Origin: a virus
Taxonomy: Duplodnaviria; Caudoviricetes
Virus record (IMG/VR): IMGVR_UViG_3300021093_000004
DNA: 64,000 bases
Strand: one strand, 5' to 3'
Below the pieces are notes generated by a model. That model had not been told where the DNA came from. It ran no database searches and saw only the letters and a list, made by a program, of their open reading frames with translations. A program made the translations under genes and the position numbers. Positions 9,913 to 19,369 of the stretch are shown piece by piece. Positions within the stretch are counted from its first letter, which is position 1. Each line of letters begins with the position of its first letter.

Positions 9913-10752
9913 ATGGATAGACTCGCATTATTGGTTGACGCTCGAAATGTGCTCTATCGAGCAATTTATGCAGTTCGTGCTGATCGTCAGCACGAAGTGA
10001 AATACCATTATATAGTGATATTATTGCGTCAGTTCACGAATTGGATGCGAACTCATAATCCATCATCTGTCCACGTCTTTTGGGATGCTCCCAGAGATAC
10101 AGTATGGCGACGAGCTGCGTTGAAGACTTACAAAGATCGATCGGTAAGCCAATATGTCGAAGATATTTCTCAAGATCTTGCGACCACCACGATGGCCGCG
10201 ATGGAATTATTCTCGGTTTTGAATGTCCGACAGTATTCTCGAAAGCAGATGGAGGCGGACGACCTGATTTATGCAGCAACGACTATATTGCATCCATGTA
10301 AATCAGTGATCATATCGACAGACAGTGATTTACTGCAAATCCCTTTTCTCTATAGCAGTGCTTCCGTCTTCGATCCTAAGAAGATGGAATTTGCGGAGAT
10401 TCCAGCACATCATCCTGCTTTGATGAAGTCAATTGTAGGGGATAAAGCGGACTCGATTGAAGGGTATCATGGGATTGGCCCTAAGAAGGGCACCATGCTG
10501 CTTGAAAATCCACTACATCTACAAGAATTCCTGGATTTAAAGGGTAGAGATCGTTACCACCGAAATTTGTTATTGACAGATCTTTCTTTGTGTCCGCGTC
10601 TGCTCGCGAACAAATTATATATACAGAGAGTCATGGCGGAGCCTGTGACGTTTGATAAATCCAAGATCTCAGAATTGGTTAGGAAACATAAATTGCTGGG
10701 GTTGGATTCCGAATATGCTAATCTCATCCCACCTTTCTCCAGATTATCATGA
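9913..10752 (+). CDS. 5'-3' exonuclease / T4 RNase H-like flap endonuclease
   Basis: LLVDARN, VFWDAP, YKDR, MEADD, STDSDLLQ, GDKADSIEGYHGIGPK (H3TH). Confidence 0.92.
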   Translation: MDRLALLVDARNVLYRAIYAVRADRQHEVKYHYIVILLRQFTNWMRTHNPSSVHVFWDAPRDTVWRRAALKTYKDRSVSQYVEDISQDLATTTMAAMELFSVLNVRQYSRKQMEADDLIYAATTILHPCKSVIISTDSDLLQIPFLYSSASVFDPKKMEFAEIPAHHPALMKSIVGDKADSIEGYHGIGPKKGTMLLENPLHLQEFLDLKGRDRYHRNLLLTDLSLCPRLLANKLYIQRVMAEPVTFDKSKISELVRKHKLLGLDSEYANLIPPFSRLS

Positions 10753-11530
10753 GCCTGATCAGGTTCCCATACCGTTCGTAATTCTCTCGCAACCTCGAAC
10801 GGGATCTACCCTGGTGTGTTCGTTGCTGTCGAGCCATCCAAGTATACGTGCTCTCGTCGAACCAATAAATCCGCTTGGTCATTCGCACCACATGAAGCCG
10901 ATCAAGGGTTCAAAATGTCTATTACCAGAAGCGATGGTGCAAACGAATTTGCCGCGTGCCTTACGCCTCTTGTTCGATAGAAAGCCTCCTCCAGAAAAAT
11001 GGGTGTTGAGTCGGAAAGAGGCACCCAAAGCCGCTGGTTTCAAGATTATGGCACATCAATTGATGGCCTTGAAGAGTGAACCAGTTTTTTGGCAATATTT
11101 GGTCGATCACAAAATTAAAGTCATTCTTGTATTCAGATACAATACTGTAATGCAATATATCTCTGATCTTATCGTCCAAAAGACTTACCAACCGACTTGT
11201 TGGGATGGTGATATTAAAACTGCTCAGGTCAAGGTTCCAATCGAATCGTTAGAGAAAAATCTTCGAAGAATTATGATGGAGAAACGATACTTAGTCAAGA
11301 AAGTCACAGAACTTGGTCTTGAGAAACGTAGATTGAAATATGAAGATTTTAAGGACGATATTACTCCGGTAAGTCGTTTGATCCCATGGTTGATCGGTGA
11401 ACGTGCCCCATTGACTACTAAGTTATCAAAGCAAAATCCCGACAGTATGAGGGCACGGGTGAAAAATTACAATGAGTTGGTGCGTGAACTTCAACGACTG
11501 AATTTGGACCATCTGATCGTAGATAATTAG
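10715..11530 (+). CDS. sulfotransferase (Stf0-like)
   Basis: FVILSQPRTGSTLVCSLLSSHP 5'-PSB loop; GFKIM; start uncertain. Confidence 0.85.
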   Translation: MLISSHLSPDYHEPDQVPIPFVILSQPRTGSTLVCSLLSSHPSIRALVEPINPLGHSHHMKPIKGSKCLLPEAMVQTNLPRALRLLFDRKPPPEKWVLSRKEAPKAAGFKIMAHQLMALKSEPVFWQYLVDHKIKVILVFRYNTVMQYISDLIVQKTYQPTCWDGDIKTAQVKVPIESLEKNLRRIMMEKRYLVKKVTELGLEKRRLKYEDFKDDITPVSRLIPWLIGERAPLTTKLSKQNPDSMRARVKNYNELVRELQRLNLDHLIVDN

Positions 11531-11543
11531 TGGAGAACCTACT

Positions 11544-11819
11544 ATGGCAATAGCAGTACACGTAGCTCGCGTCGGTGTTTTCACAGTTGATCAAAACGGC
11601 CAACGTATCGACAAAGGTAGTCCGAATACTACCATCAATCAACTGAAAAACACTGGCCAAGACATATTGGTTATTCCAGACGCCGCGATTCCGGCGTCTG
11701 CGAGCTATCCAACGGTGAAGGCGTATTTAGAAGCTGAAGCAGCTTCGGATTTCGTTTTGCATCACATGGATCAGACCTGCATCGTCACGTATAACCAATC
11801 TCAGGTAAATTCTGCATAA
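11544..11819 (+). CDS. small hypothetical protein
   Basis: 91-aa ORF with GGAG SD. Confidence 0.7.
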   Translation: MAIAVHVARVGVFTVDQNGQRIDKGSPNTTINQLKNTGQDILVIPDAAIPASASYPTVKAYLEAEAASDFVLHHMDQTCIVTYNQSQVNSA

Positions 11820-12511
11820 TGGGCCATCGTATACGATTGCATTTGGCACCAAACTACGATAAATCGCTGGCTCCAATGCCAGCGAAAAAACTTCGTGATT
11901 GGTGGGAGGACAACAACAGAACTAAAGACCACGCCAAGCATTGCCTTCCGCTTTCTATGGCAAACAGTCTTGGCTTCTATATTCGTTCTCCAGGCACATT
12001 TCTTGTCAGATGGAATGGTGATATTCAAGCTCCGGCCAAAGTCGAAGCCGTAGAGAAATCATCACATTATGAAGTTGACGCACATGCCGCTTTCGGGTCG
12101 TTCACTATTCAGGCCAAATTTGTGCCAGTGACCGATGATCCGGGAGATTTTGTTTATATCAAGGGCATTCCGAATGAGCGATCGATGCCCTATTCATGTA
12201 TGGAGGCTTGCATTGAAGCATGGTGGAATGTCGGTAATTTCGGCTTGGTGTATCTCCTGAATCAACCAGGGGAATTTATGATTCATATGGGGCAGCCCAT
12301 CGCACACATGTTTCTGTATCACGGGGCTGCTGGGTCGGCGGACTTGGAGCTTGCTGATAATTATCCAGAGCAACATGTGGGGTGGCATTATAAACGCACA
12401 CGTCCAGATTATCAAAAAGATCTCGATTATATGCGAGGTCTTACTTTTGATGGTCAGAAGATTGAATCGCATATAACCAATTGGCGAGATGCTGCAAAAT
12501 TTAGGAAATAG
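11819..12511 (+). CDS. DUF6065-like protein
   Basis: HCLPLSMANSLGFYIRSP; FGSFTIQ. Confidence 0.7.
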   Translation: MGHRIRLHLAPNYDKSLAPMPAKKLRDWWEDNNRTKDHAKHCLPLSMANSLGFYIRSPGTFLVRWNGDIQAPAKVEAVEKSSHYEVDAHAAFGSFTIQAKFVPVTDDPGDFVYIKGIPNERSMPYSCMEACIEAWWNVGNFGLVYLLNQPGEFMIHMGQPIAHMFLYHGAAGSADLELADNYPEQHVGWHYKRTRPDYQKDLDYMRGLTFDGQKIESHITNWRDAAKFRK

Positions 12512-12514
12512 ACC

Positions 12515-13285
12515 ATGAGTGTGCTTGATGACTGGATTAATCCGTATTATCTAACCGACGATGCCGTCGAAGACATCCACGAATCAATACTCGCTAAACC
12601 ATCTATTAGATATGCCGTTCTTGATGATTTCTTCAAGACCGACAAATTAGACCAACTAATTGCACACCATCACACATTGCAATTTAGTGAAGAGATGGAT
12701 CGTCGTTCTCCTAAAAATGGCGAACTTTTGCCATACGATGGGTCCGTGTGCTTTGCCCAGCCCGGCGTTCACTTTGGATCTGAACTGTTTTTCGACGATG
12801 AATGGCATCGATATTGTTGCTATCTTACTGGTGCGAAGTTGAATTTTCCTGCCGGGACTGAAATAAAACTTCGTTATCACAGACCAAAAGCAGATGGGTT
12901 CTGGATTCATACTGATAGCACAATCAGGGCGGTGGTCGCAATCGCATATTTCAATAAGAATTGGAGACTATCAGACGGTGGAGTGTTACAGCTATGGAGG
13001 GTTGATGAGGCCACCGACCCAGACGCTTTTACAATTGAAAGTCCAAAAGGACGTATGGATTTTCTAACTCGTCATACCAGAATTCGAACTCGAACTCCGG
13101 GTGGTGGTTTTCCTGACAAACAACCGCATGATCTGGTACTGATTGATCAGGTAGTGCCTGCGTATAATCGATTGTTTTTATGCAATTTTCAACATTCGCC
13201 AGCGTACCATAGTGTAACTCCAAGTGGTGAAAAAGCACGACTTGGATTTGTACAATGGCTTTTTGAACGTAATTCGAGATTATAA
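12515..13285 (+). CDS. 2OG-Fe(II) oxygenase, prolyl-hydroxylase-like
   Basis: WIHTD (HxD), YFNKNW..DGGVLQLW, PAYNRL, YHSV, distal R. Confidence 0.88.
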   Translation: MSVLDDWINPYYLTDDAVEDIHESILAKPSIRYAVLDDFFKTDKLDQLIAHHHTLQFSEEMDRRSPKNGELLPYDGSVCFAQPGVHFGSELFFDDEWHRYCCYLTGAKLNFPAGTEIKLRYHRPKADGFWIHTDSTIRAVVAIAYFNKNWRLSDGGVLQLWRVDEATDPDAFTIESPKGRMDFLTRHTRIRTRTPGGGFPDKQPHDLVLIDQVVPAYNRLFLCNFQHSPAYHSVTPSGEKARLGFVQWLFERNSRL

Positions 13286-13947
13286 TGCCAAAACCAACTT
13301 CTGAAGAAATGTCCCGGATCGGACGTTCGAATGTCCGCCGTAGCAAGAGCCACGAACGTCGTGTTGCTCACCTGTTGACCGATTGGGCCGGGGTCGAATT
13401 TCGCCGCCGCCGCGTTGAAGGCCGAGATTCAACGGTTATTGAACGGGAATCGACAGCAGATGTTATCCCTGTCAAAGGAGACATTCTATTCTCTATTGAA
13501 GCCAAGTGCGGAGAATGCACAAGCCTGGACGGGTTATTGTCAAATCCGATGTCGAATAAATTCACCGGATGGTGGCATCAGTGTGTCTATGATGCCGAAT
13601 TGTTGTCGGCCACATTCAAACGGAAATTTTATCCTCTGTTGTTTTTCAAACCACATCCGAACTTCGATTGGATAGCCGTCGATCAAGAGGTTTTCGTATC
13701 TAAGATCTTGACCCCAACCGAAGCGGCGAAACCTTCACATGTCTTGGCATCCGATCACAATATGCCCATTTGGATGCCGAATATAGCCTATGATGGTTAT
13801 AATCTCGTTGGACCAGTCACCCACGATGTATCGCACTCGAAGAAACATCCGGTGATGAAAACATTGACACTGCCATCTCTCTATATGATCCGTTGGAAAG
13901 ACTTTGCACATACAGTTAATCCAACATCGGTGTTTGTCCAAACCTAA
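13285..13947 (+). CDS. PD-(D/E)xK nuclease, Holliday junction resolvase-like
   Basis: SKSHERRVAHLL...ADVI...SIEAK. Confidence 0.7.
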   Translation: MPKPTSEEMSRIGRSNVRRSKSHERRVAHLLTDWAGVEFRRRRVEGRDSTVIERESTADVIPVKGDILFSIEAKCGECTSLDGLLSNPMSNKFTGWWHQCVYDAELLSATFKRKFYPLLFFKPHPNFDWIAVDQEVFVSKILTPTEAAKPSHVLASDHNMPIWMPNIAYDGYNLVGPVTHDVSHSKKHPVMKTLTLPSLYMIRWKDFAHTVNPTSVFVQT

Positions 13948-13969
13948 AAATAGCTTGGAGACACAATAT

Positions 13970-14140
13970 ATGTCTTGCTGTGGAAAATCTGCAACTATTC
14001 GTGTTGAGCGAACTCATGTTGCAGCAAGTAACCGTCCGAAAATCGTGCGAACAACGAAGCACAATTTGAGTGCTAAGGTTGCAGTACCATCATCTACAGC
14101 GGTAAAACCAGCAAATGACCGTGAAAAATACAGGGTATAA
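13970..14140 (+). CDS. small basic protein starting MSCCG
   Basis: GGAG SD; 56 aa. Confidence 0.6.
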   Translation: MSCCGKSATIRVERTHVAASNRPKIVRTTKHNLSAKVAVPSSTAVKPANDREKYRV

Positions 14141-14142
14141 TT

Positions 14143-14412
14143 ATGGCATGCTGTGGCGGTGGAAGTAGTAAACGCTCTGTACGTTCGGCTTCTGTGGTGT
14201 CTGCTCATGCAGCCCCCAAACCGCCCAAGACGCCCGCTATACGGAAAATCACACGTCAGCGGAACGCGGCGACACCGGCCTCAATTCAGAGGCAATATGT
14301 AATCCCGCGACACGTATGTCCAAAGTGCGGACATCCGACTATGTTAGTACATATTGCTAACCGTGAAAGGCAGCAGTGTACGAACATAGATTGTAGATTT
14401 GTAATCCAATGA
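14143..14412 (+). CDS. small basic protein starting MACCG with C-terminal zinc ribbon
   Basis: CPKCG...CTNIDC. Confidence 0.7.
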   Translation: MACCGGGSSKRSVRSASVVSAHAAPKPPKTPAIRKITRQRNAATPASIQRQYVIPRHVCPKCGHPTMLVHIANRERQQCTNIDCRFVIQ

Positions 14413-14846
14413 CATCAATTTTTATATGGATCATGCTGATCATCGCCACTGAGCGGGCGACTGAACTTATCGTGGAGTCGAAGATATTCGAGCCACTTCG
14501 ACTAAGAGTAAAACGATTGGTTTATCCCGGTGATGCTCCCCCGCCAGACACGTTTTTCCAACATGTGAAAGTCATGTTCGATTACTTGTTACATTGCGGG
14601 TATTGTGTAAGCGTATGGATGGGCGGGTTCTTTGCATTGTTTGCAGAGAGGTATTTTGAACCAATATTTCTAAATTGGTTCTTGTCTGCATTATTCCTTC
14701 ACGGGATGTCCAATCTTCACCATGTTGGATACGAATTGGCACGCAGAGGAAGAATCAAAACGTACGATGTTATGTTCAAGGTGGCAATAGACGAATCAAT
14801 TTCAATTCCTGCCGATGAGGAGTCCGAGGGGTCCGATGCCGTTTGA
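14409..14846 (+). CDS. DUF1360-like membrane protein
   Basis: ATERATELIVESKIFEPLR; LLHCGYCVSVW; hydrophobic helices. Confidence 0.7.
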   Translation: MTSIFIWIMLIIATERATELIVESKIFEPLRLRVKRLVYPGDAPPPDTFFQHVKVMFDYLLHCGYCVSVWMGGFFALFAERYFEPIFLNWFLSALFLHGMSNLHHVGYELARRGRIKTYDVMFKVAIDESISIPADEESEGSDAV

Positions 14847-15354
14847 AGATCTTGAAAAAGCGATGGCACGGCAGAGTCAAAAGCTGAACCCATCTGTGGT
14901 TCTTCAGCCGGTAGCGGTATATCAGGTAGATGATATCAAACGAGTATTGTCGGAAATCGATCCCAAGAATACTCGTCCAGCACCTGAGATTCAACTCGCT
15001 GCTCTATTGAGTGCTATGGAAGATGGGAAGAATAATACGTATCGTGTAACGGCTGTCACCAAATCCAGAAGCAAAAGGGAAATGTTGCTTGAAGGCATGG
15101 ACCTTATCAAGCGGCAAATCGAAGCCACAGATCAAATCGCTGAAAAATTAGAACCCACTGAAGTCAATGGCGTTCTGATGCAACCACCGAAATTTGGAAA
15201 AGCCGGTAAAGGCCAAACCTGGATAGATCCGCTAATTCGCCACTGGCTTGGTGGCTATCGTGACGGATTGACGATTTGTTGGGATCTGGATGGATACCAG
15301 TACCGTTATGACATCTATGAGCATAAGCTTGGTCGAGTAAAACATGAAGCCTGA
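14836..15354 (+). CDS. hypothetical protein
   Basis: ORF, GAGGGG SD. Confidence 0.65.
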   Translation: MPFEDLEKAMARQSQKLNPSVVLQPVAVYQVDDIKRVLSEIDPKNTRPAPEIQLAALLSAMEDGKNNTYRVTAVTKSRSKREMLLEGMDLIKRQIEATDQIAEKLEPTEVNGVLMQPPKFGKAGKGQTWIDPLIRHWLGGYRDGLTICWDLDGYQYRYDIYEHKLGRVKHEA

Positions 15355-15661
15355 TCAAGATTTACCACACTTGGCTCAATATCGGCAACTGGCCGACTAT
15401 TCACCAGCATATGGCGATTTTGTCGTATGGTCTGGGTGGTTTATCACTTGGCACGGCGTCGTATCAAATTATGACCTGAAGACAGAGGAGTTGTACATAA
15501 TTTTCGCTGGAGTTCCGTTCCTATTGTTCACGATGGACGAAGAGGAACAGAAGCGGGAAACCAAGAAAATCAAACTATCGAAGATTAAAAATGCGTCGCA
15601 AGGGAACTGGGCAATCCAACAGCACGACCACGCCAGAAACGCGGTCATCTGGTATATCTAA
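15344..15661 (+). CDS. hypothetical protein
   Basis: 105-aa coupled ORF. Confidence 0.65.
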   Translation: MKPDQDLPHLAQYRQLADYSPAYGDFVVWSGWFITWHGVVSNYDLKTEELYIIFAGVPFLLFTMDEEEQKRETKKIKLSKIKNASQGNWAIQQHDHARNAVIWYI

Positions 15662-16244
15662 ACTACCGCAACTTCCACAAGTTTTAACTTATCCTTCATA
15701 TCTGCCATTTGCTAAATTAGAAAAGACTGTCCATAGCTTATTCTGTTATGTGATTCGGCACTACGGGAACGATGGGCTTTCTGTTCTTGTATATCGTCAA
15801 CCGACTAAGGATCAAGTAGTCGTCATCTGCGGTGATTGGAAGGGCAATAATTTAGATATAACTTACGATTCGCCGCTATCCAATATTGCGAACAAATTTC
15901 TCCAAGAGTCCGTCGCAACGTTTATTGGCACAATGCGACTGATTAAATTGGATCAAGCACAATTCTTCTTTGGTGTCATTGACGACGAATTGGTACTTGT
16001 TGATATTCAAGTATCGCGTAATAAATTGACCGGACCCGGCATGGTTCGTGATATTTTTGGCAAAATATTCAAGACCCAGGAGATTCTAAAAGTCGAAGTT
16101 CTTGATGATCGAGCTATAGAAGGTATCCGTGATGGTGCTGGTACCTATGCTGGAGATCTGATTATTAAGCCATCTCGATTTCGTATGTATCACGACGAGA
16201 AAATTAATTCATTCGCTCCGATGTATGTTGAGGTGGTACGCTAA
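15591..16244 (+). CDS. hypothetical protein (possible degenerate RNA-ligase-like fold)
   Basis: 217-aa ORF; see findings. Confidence 0.6.
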   Translation: MRRKGTGQSNSTTTPETRSSGISKLPQLPQVLTYPSYLPFAKLEKTVHSLFCYVIRHYGNDGLSVLVYRQPTKDQVVVICGDWKGNNLDITYDSPLSNIANKFLQESVATFIGTMRLIKLDQAQFFFGVIDDELVLVDIQVSRNKLTGPGMVRDIFGKIFKTQEILKVEVLDDRAIEGIRDGAGTYAGDLIIKPSRFRMYHDEKINSFAPMYVEVVR

Positions 16245-18211
16245 TGCCCGAATATGTCAATCCGAATGCGTTTACCGTGCACTTGGCCGGACCCGATGGG
16301 AAGATTATCAAGGTAAAGAGCCGCCAGAAAGTGGTTTTGTCTGAATTCTACGAGAGGTATCGGACCAGGGGGTTTATTAAGCTAGTATCTGAGGTTCAAT
16401 CGCCGCCTGTTTCGGCTCAAATTGCTCCGACTAGGAAAATTCAGGCTAAAATCAATCTAACCACCCCAGTCAAGAGACGGCAACAACAATCGGCTACGCG
16501 ACCACCAGTCGCTCAGCCACAACCCCAGCCTCAGATTCCAAGCCAAGGACAGATAATTCAAAATCGCAAACAACGTCGAGAAGAAATCGCAAGAGCACGG
16601 AAGATTTCAAAAACTAAACCAGCAAAAACGGTAGTGAAGAGACCTCAAATAATTGGTCGGACGATTAATACGAATCCGACAGAACTGCTAAAATCGAATT
16701 TGGCGAGAGGCAACTATCCCATCAGCAATGGTGTCGGGGTTGGTATACTATCATTTAATCGGAAAGATGCTCTTCAACGCCTCGTCAATTCGATCATTGC
16801 CACAACCGATCTTCGTCGTACGACCATCTTTGTCAGTGATGACGGCAGTACAAATGAGGATATCAAAGCGTATCTCGACGAATTAGCACAAAATGATAAT
16901 TTTGTGATAATCAGAAACGAGAACAGGATTGGTATCGCCGGAAATACTAATCGATTGCTTCGCTGCTTGTCCAGATTCGCATATGGCATAATTTTAAATG
17001 ATGATATCGAAATTATGGGACAGGGGTGGGATACGTTCTATGTGGAGGCGATGGCGAAATCCGCAATGCACCATTTCATTTATCGTCAAGAAGGCGTATA
17101 TGGGGCGACACTTGGCAGTTCGAGAAAGATAAACGATGTCGACATAAGTATGGTGTCTGAAAGGCCGCACGGAGCGGTGCTGGCATTTACGAATCATATG
17201 CTTGAGAAATGTGGTTATTTTGATGAGGGATATGGCTTATACGGAATGGAGCATGTGGATTGGTCTAGAAAAGCATGGGAATTTGGATTGCAGCCAGAAG
17301 GCTTTTTCGACGTAGCCGGATCAGACCAGTTTTTCTATCTGCATTCTGATGTCTCTGCTGTTGAGAATCGGCAAACGTTGCTGAAAGATGCGAAGAAGAG
17401 ATTCGAGGAACGAATCATCCAACGCTGTGCTCCAACTGATGCATCACAGGTGCCGGAAATTAGTTATATTATTCCATTCAGAAATATTGGTCGCACTGAC
17501 GCAATAAGAAGTGTCGTCAACAATATTAGAAGCCAGCGGTTCCCTGTTATTAATATCTTGCTTGTAGAACAAGATGTCGAATCACGTATCACAGCTTCAG
17601 ACTTTAGTCCAGTTAATTACTATCTTGCTAGTGAGGTTAACAACCCGCTTTTTAACAAATCAATGGCGTTCAATTTTGCTGCATCGAAAGTCGCAACCCA
17701 ACGAGTGATACTTCACGACGCCGATACCATTGTTCAAGGGCATTATACTGCATCTGTGTACAAGACGCTTGATACTCATACGGCTTGTCACGTTGGTAAT
17801 GCTGTGATTTATGCAGACACTGCTTCCAGCGACATCATAAACGCGACGGGTCTTGTCACTAACGAAACTCGTTGTGAACGTGTAGTCGGATATTTTGAAG
17901 GTGGGTCACTTGCTTGTCATATGAAAACCTACTGGCAATGCGGAGCCTTTAATGAAGATTTTTGGGGATATGGCTGCGAGGATTGTGATTTTTATGCTCG
18001 ATTATCAGCAAATAGTGTGTGGTCGGAAGACCGCGTATTTGACTTCTTGCACTTGTGGCACGGACGAGTAGCGGGATGGAACATGCACCACGAGACTAAT
18101 CGGCGTATTGAAGCAGCACTGACTAGCCGTCAGATGTATGAACGAGTTCAGCTTCAATATTCGCAACTCCATCGGTTAGGATATGGGCATTTCATCTCCA
18201 AATCTGAATGA
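16244..18211 (+). CDS. two-domain GT-A (GT2-like) glycosyltransferase with N-terminal extension
   Basis: FVSDDGST, NRIGIAGNTN, LNDD, YGMEHVDW; second domain YIIPFR, FNKSMAFN, HDAD, WGYGCEDCDF. Confidence 0.9.
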   Translation: MPEYVNPNAFTVHLAGPDGKIIKVKSRQKVVLSEFYERYRTRGFIKLVSEVQSPPVSAQIAPTRKIQAKINLTTPVKRRQQQSATRPPVAQPQPQPQIPSQGQIIQNRKQRREEIARARKISKTKPAKTVVKRPQIIGRTINTNPTELLKSNLARGNYPISNGVGVGILSFNRKDALQRLVNSIIATTDLRRTTIFVSDDGSTNEDIKAYLDELAQNDNFVIIRNENRIGIAGNTNRLLRCLSRFAYGIILNDDIEIMGQGWDTFYVEAMAKSAMHHFIYRQEGVYGATLGSSRKINDVDISMVSERPHGAVLAFTNHMLEKCGYFDEGYGLYGMEHVDWSRKAWEFGLQPEGFFDVAGSDQFFYLHSDVSAVENRQTLLKDAKKRFEERIIQRCAPTDASQVPEISYIIPFRNIGRTDAIRSVVNNIRSQRFPVINILLVEQDVESRITASDFSPVNYYLASEVNNPLFNKSMAFNFAASKVATQRVILHDADTIVQGHYTASVYKTLDTHTACHVGNAVIYADTASSDIINATGLVTNETRCERVVGYFEGGSLACHMKTYWQCGAFNEDFWGYGCEDCDFYARLSANSVWSEDRVFDFLHLWHGRVAGWNMHHETNRRIEAALTSRQMYERVQLQYSQLHRLGYGHFISKSE

Positions 18212-18410
18212 TATTATCAAATTCGTGGTGGTTACTTCTGAAGCCGCTGAGTTCTGCATGCGCCGTGGGATAACAGGAAAAGTTGTCGGACAACATGGCC
18301 CCATGCTGGAAATAGACGTTGGGTTTGGGTATAATATTTATACCCATTTACCTGAAGTTGAAGTCGTTGCAGTGCGATCAGAGATTCCGATTCCGGAGGA
18401 TGTAACATGA
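18183..18410 (+). CDS. small hypothetical protein
   Basis: 75-aa ORF overlapping both neighbours. Confidence 0.5.
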   Translation: MGISSPNLNDIIKFVVVTSEAAEFCMRRGITGKVVGQHGPMLEIDVGFGYNIYTHLPEVEVVAVRSEIPIPEDVT

Positions 18411-19354
18411 AAGTATTAGTCTGCCATCGTCCCGGTGGTGCGTTCGGATATATTAGTGACAGTTGGATTAATGCCCTACGAGATAAAGGGCATACGGTTC
18501 AACGCTGGGATGGGCATGACCACTCATGGCATGATTTTTCGCCGAATTTGTATATCGGGTGCTCTGGGCATAAACAGCCGATTCCACATCAACGGTCTGC
18601 GAAAATCGCTATCCATGTGAATCCCTATGGTCCGACAAAAATTCAGGGCATTGCTGAGTCCGATGAGAATATTCGTTGGACATTAAATCAAAAGCCCGAT
18701 GTGGTGTTCGGGTATGGTCACGAAGACGACCGAATTTTGTGGTCTTATTGGACTCAAAAACATGATATTCCGTGGGTTCCGATGCCGACCGCTGGAGATA
18801 AGACGCTGTTTCATCAATCTTCAGAAAATGATAAACAATATGATATTGTGTATCTTGGGGGTCGATGGCAGTACAAGGGTCTAATCATTGATGCTTATCT
18901 TATTCCATTCCTACAACAATCGAATAATTATAAACTTCACGGGTGGGGAGATTGGCCATCTAATATCTGTTCTGGGATTCTTGCAGAAGACCAAGTGAAC
19001 CGATTTCTTGGGAGTGGGCGTGTTGGTCCATGCATCTCGGAACGCCATACTCACGAATATGGCATCGATATTCCGGAGCGAGCATTCAAAGTTGCTCTAT
19101 GTGGTACGTTGGTGGTCCATGATGCAGTGGTTGCTATTCGCAGAATGATTCCATCCGCAATCATTGCAACCAATCCGGATCAATTTCGCAACTATTGTCT
19201 TCATTTCGCTAAACCGGAAAACGCTGCGGAAAGAATTGAAGTTACAAATCGCCAACGGAACGAAGTTTTGGAGGCACATACATACCATCATAGGATGGCG
19301 ACATTATTTGCCGCATTAGGGTTTCATACTGAAGCACAGCAAATGCTTTCATGA
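18407..19354 (+). CDS. CgeB-like (GT-B) glycosyltransferase
   Basis: YDIVYLGG, LHGWGDW, IPERAFKVALCG, HTYHHRM. Confidence 0.8.
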   Translation: MKVLVCHRPGGAFGYISDSWINALRDKGHTVQRWDGHDHSWHDFSPNLYIGCSGHKQPIPHQRSAKIAIHVNPYGPTKIQGIAESDENIRWTLNQKPDVVFGYGHEDDRILWSYWTQKHDIPWVPMPTAGDKTLFHQSSENDKQYDIVYLGGRWQYKGLIIDAYLIPFLQQSNNYKLHGWGDWPSNICSGILAEDQVNRFLGSGRVGPCISERHTHEYGIDIPERAFKVALCGTLVVHDAVVAIRRMIPSAIIATNPDQFRNYCLHFAKPENAAERIEVTNRQRNEVLEAHTYHHRMATLFAALGFHTEAQQMLS

Positions 19355-19369
19355 TGTCTGGGAGACACA

